64,000 nt of DNA from Psammoneis japonica (taxonomy: Eukaryota), in assembly GCA_008632985.1 (NCBI GenBank), contig QPGO01000004.1:620001-684000 (forward strand). Direction: 5' to 3'. The position numbers were made by a program, and so were the translations under genes. Positions 23,617-34,994 of this stretch are shown in pieces. Position 1 is the first letter of the stretch, and every line of letters starts with the position of its first letter. The notes under the pieces were generated by a model. That model was given only the letters and a program-made list of their open reading frames with translations, searched no databases and had not been told where the DNA came from.

Positions 23617-26600
23617 TTACTTCAAAAAGAGCAAGGGATCATGTTGCGAATCCTCTTGGTTTTGAGACGAATTGCGTCTTCCGGTTGGAGTTTGCTGACC
23701 CATGCTTGACGAACTCCCACGATTCATTGCTATTGGCACTGTCTGCTGGTTTCCGTAGGACTTTTGCCGTGTGGCCTGCTGAGGCATTGGTGGAAAGAAC
23801 GCCTGTGGCTGCTGCGCGTACTGCATCTGTGGCTGGCGGCCTTGCTGCTGCTGCTGCATCATTCGTATTTGAGCCATCTGTTGCTGTTGAAATTGTTGCG
23901 GGCTACCATATTGCTGAGGCTGCTGCATCATTGGCGACTGCTGAGGTTGAATCTGCTGCATTGCCACATGTTGTTGCTGCGGTGACGGAGTTTGAACCTG
24001 TTGCTGCTTCAAAAACTGGTTGTATTGCACCGTTTGCTGCTCCATGCTCTGCGCAGTCTGTTGCTGAGAGAAGCTGGTCCTGATTCCAATCGGGACGGGA
24101 GTTGGCTGCTGCTGTTGCACGAAGCCACGGGGTGGTGTCTCCACAGTTTGAGTAGGCATAGTTGCTGATGATTCCGATTTCTTTGATTCTGTTTTTGACT
24201 TCGAGCGAGACTTTTTCGCGCCTTTAGATTTAGAAGTGGGACGGCGTCCACCAGTGCCCGAGGTACCGGAAGAGGAGGTCGACTTTGCCGCCTTTTCTGT
24301 CTCTTTCGATGTCTTCTGTTTAACAGGAGCTTCAGATGCAGGCTCTTGCTTGGATGTTGACGCCGAGGCCCGCTTCCTCGTTTGCGGAGGAGGCTTCGTT
24401 GGGAACTTATAGCCAGCCAACAACGTCGCATCGTTGGTACCAAGTGGATCATTCTCCACATACCCACTGATGGGTATAGCTGATGGATTTGTTTCCGAGA
24501 GACTAGTGGCCTGAGCAACTGCCGAAAGAGGAGCAGTCAGTGTCCTAAGCAGCGAAGGGGCTTTGATGAAAGCCGATGTCTGGCGTCCGGGTGCAGAACA
24601 AATTTCCGAAAGGTTTCTCTCGAAGACAGGAAAGGAAGAACGACACGGGAGTATAGTTGACCGGGATTTGTCCACTGGGACATCCAAGCATAGTTTCCAT
24701 CCTGGTTCCCCCCAAGAAGACGTGGAACGTGGGCCCGGAACCGCCGGTAACGGATCCGAGGAAGCTGCCGGGAAAGCAGCAAGCAAAAAGAGCTGTTCAG
24801 CGGCAATATCCTGGTCCAAGTTGTCACTCGTCAAATGGCTCCTCGAAACTACAACAACTTCCTTTACGGAATCTTTCAGACCTTGTAACGTAGAGGTCAT
24901 TGGAGGTCTCAGGACAATCTGTATGCGTCGATGATGCATTCTTTGCCACAGACTTCGCTTCAAAGGAGGGGAAAGAAGGGGTAGAGTTTGCACCCAAGTG
25001 CTACTAGCGTTGCTGCTTCGTTTCTGATTCAGCTGCTCCCTTCGCTTGTTTGCGGTTCGGCGTAAAACAGCAATGACATCCTTCACACGGTTTGAAGCTC
25101 GTTCCAACTCAGCCGCATCAGAGGCTTTACTTCTCCCACCTTTAGGAAGCTTTCCGTCTTTTTTCAACGCTTTCTTCTTCTTCAGCATCGCGGCAGCTGC
25201 AACAGACGCCTTTTGCGTCTGCTTCACGACCACGTTCATTTTGTGTAGATGCCCTTTGGCCTCCGCAAATGTTGCCTGGACCGTTTTCTCCCTCGACTCA
25301 GTCGCTTCTACATTTGATTTGTATCTCATCATGGCCTGCATTAGTTTCTGCCTGTCACTAGGATTAGCGGTCATGACGGGATTATCGTCTTGAAAAGGAT
25401 AACAAAAGCAATTGTCAGATATCTCATGGGGATAAGCGCAGTTATGTTTGACTTTCGATTATCTCACCGGCACCGAAATAATTCTTGAACTTGGTCCGAA
25501 AATCTTGAAGTAGCTGCTTTCCTTTCTCACTTTCTTTCTTGGCTTTCTCCACAGCTGCTTCGCACTCTCTTGCTTCGGCGTCGGCACGAACACGGTTTTG
25601 CTCTGCCTCCGTGACCAGTTCACTCAGCTTCAAGCATTTCTTCTCGAGGTCGGCAATACTAGCCTCCTGCTCTTCTTTCATTGACACGGCTCTTTCAGAG
25701 GAAGCAGTCACGTCGCTCGTCCGCATGTCTGTAACAACACATTTAATATGTCCACCTTGATTTGCAGTCGCCTCACCAAAATCAAAACGATCCCCAATTG
25801 GGTTCTCCCCACAAATTATAGAGTGAAGAAAAATCCGAGCCTTCGGTCCCCAAGGCATGAAGTCATACTCAGCGTCAGAGGTTTCTTTTTGCCCGGATTG
25901 ATTCTTCTGACTTCCGTCCTTCTTCGCGTTGGAATCTATCAACGACGACATCCATAGTCCCTCGTTATGAATTTCCACAGAGAGCTGCTTTGGAATCACA
26001 TTCATCAGACTCTTTCTGTGTTTGCATCTTACTGCAGCTGCGGCGTTCGATCCAACCTTCGATTGAAGCGGCTTGATGCCAGAATGATTCAATGTGGTAG
26101 AAGACAACTTTTCCAAGTCTTTTTTCTCTGGGCCTGCGCCTGATGACTCTAGATCACTATTCTTCTGCAAAGTACCTGGCTCAAGCGCTTTCAGCATAGC
26201 AAGTAGAGCTTGTTTCTTTTTCTTCATTTGTTCCAAATGACGATGGAGGTGTCGCTGTCGCTGCTGCTCGGAGTTACTGTGCATTCTAGCGAGCATTTTG
26301 CTCATAATATGCTCTCGTTCTCGCTTCTTTTTCTCGTGGTGGGTGCGACGCTTCTCTTGCTCTCTCTTGTAGTCTGCCTCACACTGCCTTTTCACTTCTT
26401 CACCTTTCGCGTTGAACTCCTGTATCTGACGTTGCTGCTTCGCTTGAAGTTGCTGCGTTGTATTCGCCCACTCCGCATTTGACACTTGCTCCGAAACACC
26501 ACGCTGACGAACCTGTTGCTGATGCTGCACCATGGCCTTCTGTAACTCATGACGATGTCGACGTGCGAGCAACTTGAGCCCATGATTTATCTTCCCTTGG

Positions 26601-28060
26601 TTATTGGCAGTCTTTTCTTTATACATCTGAAGAAGGTCCTGGAGGTCTTTATTTTCTTCTGCGCTTATGCTGGTCCGCATCTTCTCGAAATTCCGATCAA
26701 GCGAAGCTTGCTTTTCTTTGAGGTTGGAGTCTATGATTTTCTTGATTTCCTCCATACCAGACTGTTCCTCCTCTTGAAGTCGAGAAAGGTCCATAATAAT
26801 TCGTTTCTTCTTGTTTTTTCGACAAAACTCAGCGTATGCCGGGTCCTGCTCCTCGTGAGTGTCTCTGTAGAAATCGAGATAGTCATCGTGCTCATCGAGA
26901 CCTTCGGTTGCATCCTCCACGTCGCTCACAGATATGTCACCAGAAAACGATCCGTAAAGCCTTTCTTCGAAATCTCGTATAGTATCTTCATAGTTGCGCT
27001 TCTGGACAAGCGACGCTGAAGCTATGAGTTCGTTTGATTCGACTGAAGGACCGTTCATATTCACAAATATCTTTGGCACTTTTCGCTTGTTCTTTCTTGA
27101 TCCTGAACCACGTTTTCTCTTGCGTGGAAGTACCATATCCGGAAACGCATCCTGTAGCTCCTCGGCTTCTTCTTCCGGTGTCTTCTTTGGCTTCGGAGGT
27201 GGACGAGTCACTTTGCTAACCTTCGGAGTCCCTTGGTCCGCGGACGAAGTCTTTTCCGGACTAGAATCCTCTGTGCCGCTCTTCCCTTGGTCAGGTTCGC
27301 CGGTGTCTCTGTCGGTGGTCTTGTTTTCTGCGATACCAACACCATCGATATTGGTATTTTCTGAGGACATGGTGCGGTTCTCTTGTGTCTTTCCTTCATG
27401 TGTCTCTCCTTCAGTCACCATTGTCTCTGGGACTTTGACTGCGCCATCTGCCTGCCCCCCTTCACGTTCATCATCGATATCCATTGGGTCTGCTGGCGTT
27501 TGCGCTTCGGCAGAGGTTTCCATCGGCACGACATCTTCTGACAGGGGCTCGCCTTTTATAGTTTCCGGTGCTGGAGGTGGACCTTTACTCTTATTATTTG
27601 AGAACGCATCTGGAGGCAAGAATTCATCAGACGACGAAGGTCCAGGTGCTGGTTGAGTAGCGAGAGACTCATGGTCAACCTCATTTGCTTGAGGGTGTTT
27701 GCCGACTGTCGATGGGTCTTCTACGCCCATTTGTTTCTTCGTTTCGTCTACATTCGCGTCGTTGACTTTAGGTGTGACCTTGTACGTGGCCAAAGCGCCT
27801 TCACTTAGCTGTGATGGTTGGCTTGCCTCGGGTGTGGGACCTTGCTGATCTAGTCCAGAAGATTCCTGTAATTTCGTAGCGTCGCCCTCCTTGTTGTCGG
27901 TCGAGCTCTCAATGTGTGTTTGGGGCGATTCCGTTTTTTCCAGCTTGCCCGGACTCTCTTTAGGATGTGAGGTTAAGACGGAACTCCCTGGGTTCTCTAT
28001 CAGCTGTTTGCGTTGCTTCAACTGGGAAAGAGGAGTGTTGTCGTCTTCTGAGTCCGACAT
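23617..28060 (-). CDS. Large hypothetical protein (acidic disordered N-terminus, coiled coil, Gln-rich C-terminus; probably nuclear)
   Basis: Long ORFs of 892 and 585 aa joined in frame by GT-AG intron 25389-25467. NLS-like PRKRKR. Confidence 0.8.
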
Positions 28061-28300
28061 TGATCTTCCTGCACTGAATGCCTTTAAGACTCGAGATTTC
28101 TCCTCGTACAAGCGAAACACCTCTTGGTATTATGTGATGGAGGCAAGTACACAAGCGATTCACCTCTTCCTCTTTATCTCACGATGATGTGATGGTTGAG
28201 AGTGGAGAAAAACAACCTGAACTCTTGAATGCGGAAATAAATAAATTGAAATACAAAAAGGTGAATTTACTATTCGTTGACCTCTTGTTGAGGATAAACG

Positions 28301-28470
28301 CTTCTCTACTCTACTGTAGATAGAGACTCTACTCTACCAATATCTGAGCTTGTGACTCTACTACCTACCGGTAGCTAGAGAGCTCTAGACTCTAGTAGAG
28401 CTCTTGTAGACTAGAGTAGAGCTACCTATCCTTAGCTACTGTCCGTAACTGTAGAGGTCAGAGACTGGTA
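28301..28470. repeat. CTA/TAG-rich low-complexity intergenic tract
   Basis: Dense CTCTAC, TAGAG and CTAG units. Confidence 0.6.
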
Positions 28471-28686
28471 AGAGTGCTTTTTTTCTCTCCCACACTCAAG
28501 CAAGAAAACGCACAAGGGCCTATTCTTTCAGTTGAGAAGATGGAATTCTATTTGTATTCGGGTTAGGTGCAGTGTGAAGTACGAACAGCTGGAAAGCTGA
28601 AATACATGTTGCTTGTAACATGAAATAATGCAAACTGTATGCTGGGCGATCCTTGCGCTCAAGTCAAAACCCGTCTTGTCAAGTCG

Positions 28687-29859
28687 CTACACCGAATGAC
28701 ACGATGAAGAATGGCTCCGTGCCAAGTCAAACTGAAGTTTTTCGCGCAGTTCCGGAACTTTACTAACGACGTGTTCATCGTACGGCCGAGCTTCATAATC
28801 GATGTGAACGAAGCACCGCTCCACTTCCTCCCGTCCCTCTATCTCATATTGAAGGTCCATTCCCAAATCGTGACTTTCAAACAAGAGGGTTTCGCGCGCC
28901 ATTACAACTTCAAGTTCAACTAAAAATTTGGGTCCAAAGTGATAGGCGCGACAGACATCGACCGTCATGCGTTCATCAAAGTTTTTGGCAATCTCTGTTA
29001 ACTCCTCGATGAATTCTTCGGGCGCCACCTTTCCTGTGAGGTGTTCTATCTGTTCCTTACCAGTGGTGTACCAGCTAAAGATGATGTATATTGAAATAAT
29101 AATGGCACCAACAGGATCTAAGAACCAAAGATCATGCGACCCGAGTGCAAATAAGAGAGCAACTGCCGCAACGGAGTTCGAAAGGGCATCATTCCAGTGA
29201 TCTTGCGCCAAAGCCTCGAGAGTGGGATCTGACAACCTGATGCTTTGTTTTCCTTTTCGCTCTCCTGCTCGTTCACGAAAAGGATCACCAGCAGCTTTCT
29301 GACACAAGACGAGAAGAAACAACTTCACCAAGACAATAACAAGCATCGTCCAGAAAGCACTCATTCCCACTTCATCGTCAAAACCTTCTTGTCGGATAAA
29401 AAGAGATTCAAGGGATTCCTTAATCACCTCGAAGGATGCCATACCCATGAGAGCTGCGCAAGTCAGAACACCAACAGGTTCCAGCCTAGAAGCTCCTGCA
29501 GGGTACAGCCCGCTGCTTCTCTGCAGTGAAGAGTGCTTTTCTGTGTAGCTCAAAACCATCTGGGAAACCACATCTAAAACTGAGTCCACTAAAGACGCGA
29601 GCACACTGAGACTTAGCGTGCGCAAATAGGCAATCAGTTTCGTCGCTGTGATAATCAAGTTGACGTATAAACTCAAATCAATGGCTAACCGGCGAAGCTT
29701 TGTTGTTCTGTTTGAATCCTCGTTTTCGCTAGCAGTAGCATCCCATGATCTCTCTGACGCCGTTTGATTCGTTTCTTTCGTCAGGAGAGCGGTTTCTTCG
29801 ACGGTACTTCCATAATCTGTCTCGAAATGAACTCCGGCCTTATCTGTCATGGTCGTCAT
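28687..29859 (-). CDS. Cation diffusion facilitator (MTP/Mn-CDF-like metal tolerance protein)
   Basis: SLSVLASLVDSVLD, RLEPVGV, AQDHWND, DPVGAIIIS, RAYHFG and EVERCFVHIDYE. Confidence 0.93.
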   Translation of the reverse strand: MTTMTDKAGVHFETDYGSTVEETALLTKETNQTASERSWDATASENEDSNRTTKLRRLAIDLSLYVNLIITATKLIAYLRTLSLSVLASLVDSVLDVVSQMVLSYTEKHSSLQRSSGLYPAGASRLEPVGVLTCAALMGMASFEVIKESLESLFIRQEGFDDEVGMSAFWTMLVIVLVKLFLLVLCQKAAGDPFRERAGERKGKQSIRLSDPTLEALAQDHWNDALSNSVAAVALLFALGSHDLWFLDPVGAIIISIYIIFSWYTTGKEQIEHLTGKVAPEEFIEELTEIAKNFDERMTVDVCRAYHFGPKFLVELEVVMARETLLFESHDLGMDLQYEIEGREEVERCFVHIDYEARPYDEHVVSKVPELREKLQFDLARSHSSSCHSV

Positions 29860-31429
29860 CAGTGTTCAGCGGGGTAGGGGGCGGAGAATGATGTCTCGTC
29901 GATCGAGTGATGAGGAGGAGTACTAGTCGTCTTCCCTCTTCCCCTCTTTTGTGTCGCCCTCAAAAAGGCAATGCCGCGCCACGTACGTCAGAACATACTG
30001 AGAAATGCGTGGAAAGTGACCTTGTGGTGACAATTATTGCCCCTGAGACGTGGCAAAATTGGGTGCAACAATGAATCTCGGTGAGGAACAAGCTGAATCT
30101 TCTGGCAGTCCTGCCGCACAGTGCTGCGTAAAGCGGTGTTGTGTGCTGCACTTTGACGTGTCACTCCGCTGGATTAAAAGTCAGCGGTGCATCCTCAACA
30201 AAATCTGAGACCTCGCACCTTCCAGTGCTCTCTGCTGATTGCTTCTCTGCCATGGATGACCTTTTCCCTGATGACCCCACCGAATGTTTTCTTGGCAACC
30301 CCTGTCGCTGAGCCCCTCTCCAAGTTTCTCTGCCACCCTGATGACCTCGTGCCTTCTCTCTGCCGTCCATTCCCACACCCCACTCTTCGACTCTGCCCGC
30401 GCCTTGTGCCCCCAAGACACCTCTCCTCTGTTCTGCTCTGCTGCCACCACAACTGTCTCCGTGCCTCCCTCTGCTGTTCCCTTCCCCATTCTGCACCACA
30501 GGCTCTTCACAGCTCAACATCTTGAAACAGATGCTCGTCTGCAGAGACGAGAGCTGTCATTGAGAAAAGCCATTGCTCTGCTGGCAGAGCTGTGTTGGCA
30601 TTTGTCAGCAGCCCTGTTGACATTGTTTGACAAAGCTTTGGAGTTCATGGTCATGCTCTCCTCTTTTTCTGCCAGCAGCACAGAGTGCCCAGCAGCACCT
30701 TCCTTTTTGCCGTGCACAAGAAGCACTGCAGCGGAGCACAGTGGGCTGCAATGGGCACCCCCTTGACTGAGTCCGGGGCACAAAAAATGGTGCAGTGATT
30801 TTTGGCTGTGCTGTGTGGCATGGTGCACTGTTCAGCCCCAGCAAATTAATGTCAACAAAAGGGAGTCTTGCCTTGCTGTGTGTCAGGAGGCTTCCTGCGC
30901 TGCTTCGCACACTTGCCTTGGCAGTGTGCGTGCAATGGCCATGGGTTGCCAAAGGTGTCAACATGCAAACTGTGAACTTGTGCAATGACAGGGGCCTGTT
31001 GATGCCAAACAATGACTCCAAAGAGTGAGATGAAAAAAACAAAGGTGAAAAATTAGAAACTGGCAACGGCAAAAATTTTCTTGCAACCAGTCACCCGTCG
31101 CCCCTCACCAGGAGTCAAAACATCTTTTCTTCACAACCCATCCCAGTTTTTTTATGATTCTCATGGTCCAGATGTTCCAACAACTTCTGCTGCTTGCATC
31201 AATCATGTCACACCTGAGCACCTTGCATCCAGGGAAAACTGATCTCCCTGTGGCGTGGCAACCACAACGCCGCCAGACACATCTGTTGCTTCAGCACTGA
31301 CATCCTGCAAATCACAAATGTGCAGGTTGGCACACAATCCATTGTCAGAGCAATCAACCATGTCATCAAACAAGCATGCTGCACCCAATGCACACTCCAC
31401 AAAATGCTCTGCATGAGTGCGATGAGTTC

Positions 31430-32070
31430 TCTCTCTTGCAGCTGTGCTGTCCAAGAACTCCACCAACTCATCAAAGGCATGGTCCAAAATTTTGAAACTT
31501 TGCAGGGTTGACTGGCATCACCATTGATGAGGTGCAAGATTGCAGATGACATCACAGATCCAGGCTCTGCTTGGACTCAAAGAGCAAACAACACTTGAAA
31601 TCTTTGTTGACTTCCTCCATCCAAGCCATGATTTCTCAGATCTTTGTGGGGCTTGGCTCCTTGAGAACACATTGCAGATGCCGCTTCTGACTCTGAAGTG
31701 CATTCTCAGGAACAGTGTGGTTGGAGAGGCAGTGCTGCCATTTTTCAAAGGCTCCTTTGTCTTCAATGTTCATCACCTTGTTCTCAAAAACTCACAGAGC
31801 ATTCCCTTGCAACATCATGTGCACAAGTTGGAACTTGTCACCGGCTTGTTTCTTGACACTCTGGCCCACCACAACTTTGCTGAATGTTTTTAAAAATTTG
31901 ATGTGCTTGGGAACTCTCTGCTTGTCATGGCACTCAACATTGATCATGTGGGCATGACTCTTCTTGTCTTCTGGATGAAAACACTGCTCCATCTTGAGAC
32001 GTTGGCTTGGTTTGAGCATCTTTGGCTTGGAAATCAACTCAAGTGGCATGGAGGCAATCTTCTGCTTGAT
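31430..32070 (-). mobile_element. Ty3/gypsy-like gag remnant
   Basis: Fragments KFQLVHMMLQGNAL, FPENALQSQKRHLQ and DHAFDELVEFLD resemble gag proteins of diatom gypsy-type elements. Recognised by motif recall, not by a search. Confidence 0.5.
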
Positions 32071-32549
32071 GGTGTGCTTTGTGGCAGATGCTTGAGGTGA
32101 AAGCTTCATTTTTGTGTTTTTGCATTTTGCAGTGTGCACACACAATGCACTGTGCTTGAAGAATGAGTGCAAACCAATGAAAGCAGAGCAAATCACAAAA
32201 AGTGGAAATCATGAGATTGGATTTTGCTCTGTGATTTTGGGTTTCTCCAAATGAGTTCTCAATGCCCCCCAAGCATTTGCACTGCTTTCACAGAGCAAAA
32301 GCCTTTTGAAAAATCTGGTCATTGCAACAGATTGTCTTGATGTGACCAATGTTGACATCTTGTGTGTGAACATTGTCTGTCAATTGTGTTTGCAATTTTG
32401 GACATCCAATCAATTCTGTGTGATCAATCTGACCTTCTCACACATCCTTCACAATTGTCACATGACTGACATGTGCATCAGTGTGCAACTGCAAACAAGT
32501 GCAATTTCTTCTGCTCAATGATGCTTGTTGCCGCTGCACCTCTGATCAA

Positions 32550-32776
32550 TCAAGTTACATGTGGACACATCATTCATGGTGCAACCTCAGAGGAGGAGTT
32601 TTGAGCATGGGCAATGGAGCAGTGCAGAGGCTGTGTCAAAACACCAGAAGCTCAACACCCAAAGCAGCACAGAGGCTGAACCCACAGAAGTCAATGACAC
32701 AATGACCATGATTCTGTGGACAAAGTTTTTCATGGATCATCAGGGGCATCCAATTGACAAGAACAAAATTGTTTGA
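32550..32776 (+). mobile_element. Ty1/copia RNase H fragment
   Basis: HVDTSF...SKHQKLNTQSSTEAE...ILWTKFFMDHQGHPI. Confidence 0.85.
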
Positions 32777-33359
32777 TCCAACTGATGCCAAGTCTGATGC
32801 CACCAACAAGTCTTGCTCCAAAACCAAGGATGGATCTCACCGTGGTCCCAAAAATGGTCATCAATCTGGCATCAAGTGATCTGAGTCTGACAAGTGGTGC
32901 AATTGTTGCAAGAAAACCACTCACAACATGGACCAGTGTTGGGTCATCAAAAGACTGGCAAAAAAAAGCTTGGAGAACACTGAACAAAACCTGAAACAGC
33001 AATTTTCAAATGGAAGTTGCACGTGGTGCTGTCATCATGATGCTCTCAAAAGGAAGAGTTGTTGAGTGCCATGATCACTCAGCCAGTCAACAAATCTCTC
33101 ACCAAGACAAGTTCCTCCACAAAGATTCAGAAGTGCAAGAGTGAGGAACATGACTCAGACACCCTCAGTGAGGAAACCCATCAGTTTGAAAAATGACTTG
33201 CAGTGATTCTGAGGAATGACTGGCACTTGCAGAGGAGTCTTGTGCATTGTGGGACATTGGGGAGCCCGGGAAAGGGCTGGAGCAATTCATGCCAGTCCAG
33301 TGGTCATTGCTCACATGAGTGCTTCCTTGGGAAAGGAGAAAAATGAGCATCTGGGCTGC

Positions 33360-34385
33360 ATGTTCTTCTTGACAGTGGAACATCATCAACCACAATTCTG
33401 CACAAGTTCACGGCAAAGTTGAGAAATGAGAAATGTGCTGCCAAGACTTGGGAAACCAAGGGTGGGTTCTTTGCAACTGACAGCCAATGCTCAGCTCAAT
33501 TCTCACCGCCTGAATTTGATGAGCATGAGTTCATTAAGAAGACGGCACATGTTGATGACACACTGCTGCTTCTTCAAGACATGACATGATCATGCGACAT
33601 GACTTGATCAGCATGAGTTGATTGGGAAGACAGCACATGTTGATGACACACTGCTGCTTCTTCAAGACATGACATGATCATGGGACATGACTTGATCAGC
33701 AGTCATGGAGTCACACTTGGTTTTGCAAATGAAGAAAGCAAATGGGAAGATGCAGGCGCACCAATGAAAAATGCCAACACAATCTTTGATGCCAAATTGT
33801 TCAAGCTGAGTGCTGATCACATTTTAGAATCTCACGCTGTGAATCACCTCAATGACAGGATCCAAAAAAAATCCTTGATGCTGACTGCCATGCTGCCAAA
33901 CTCAACAATGTGACTGCTGCAGCAACACATCTGACCCCAGAGGAACAGAAGCAACCAAACTTTCTCCTCAAAAGATTGGAACCTCTTTTTGATGGTTCTC
34001 CAGGTGAGTGGACAAGGAAGCTGGTGGATCATGATAAAAGGTGTGTTGTTGTCACACCCGAATTTCAGCACGCCCTTTGAGACATGTGCTGATGTGAGCA
34101 ATTCTCAGTTGGGAGTGGCCACAATGCAAAACAGCAGTCCTGTTGCCTTCCACAGCTGCAAGTCAAATGGAGTGCAGATGTGACACCCTGTGACAGAAAA
34201 AGTGCTTCTGTCCACATGTGTGTGTGGATCACAAAAATCTCACCCATGAGAATTTCACAATGGACAGAGTCATGTGTTGGCATCTGATGGTTGAAGAATG
34301 GCTGCAGCTCCAAAGTGATCTGTCTCAAGGGTGACAAAGCCAACGTCATTGCAGATGCAATCAGCTGGCTCACTGTGAAGGAAAT
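33360..34385 (+). mobile_element. Ty3/gypsy pol remnant (aspartic protease and RNase H; RT largely deleted)
   Basis: Protease LDSGTSSTTI, WETKGGFF and RHDMIMGHDL. RNase H LLSHPNFSTPFETCADVSNSQLG...PVAFHS, DHKNLT and NVIADAIS. Confidence 0.8.
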
Positions 34386-34994
34386 GGACACTCTGTGCAG
34401 CATTCCATGCACGTGCTGCACAGAGTGGGAGAAAAGATCTTGCTGGAGAAAGATTCTCAAAAATTAGAACAGCTCTGTGCCTTGTGCTGGGCCTCATGAG
34501 ACAACAACGGCACACATGGCACCGTGCTGTGCAGATCAAATGTGGTGATGTCATTGACACTGTCAACATCAGTTGAGCAGCTCCATTTGTCAAATGACCC
34601 CAATGTGCAATTGAGGAGGTGAGTGCAGCATGTGTTGCTGAGCATGCTCATGTTCACAACTGTGTGTTTTTGCACAGCGTGTGTCAATCATGCAACAATC
34701 ATGGATGTGCGCAAAGGTCATGTCAATCCCACAGAATTGATCAAATGTCCAAAATTGCAAACACGATTGATGGACAACTTTGACACACATGACATCACTG
34801 TTGGCTGCATCTGGACAATCTGTTGCCAATGTCAGATTCTCTGAAAGGCCTTTGCTCTGCAGGAGCAGTGCAAAAGCTTGGGCCATTGAGAGCTTGTTCA
34901 GAGAAACCCAAAATTGCACAGCAAATCCAGTCTCACAATTTCCACTTTTTGTGATTTGCTCTGCTTCATTTGCACTCATTCTTCAAGCACAGTG

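Noticed and set aside
23760..24120. CTG/TTG-rich repeats as a non-coding repeat array
   Set aside because: They encode the Gln-rich tail of the minus-strand protein.
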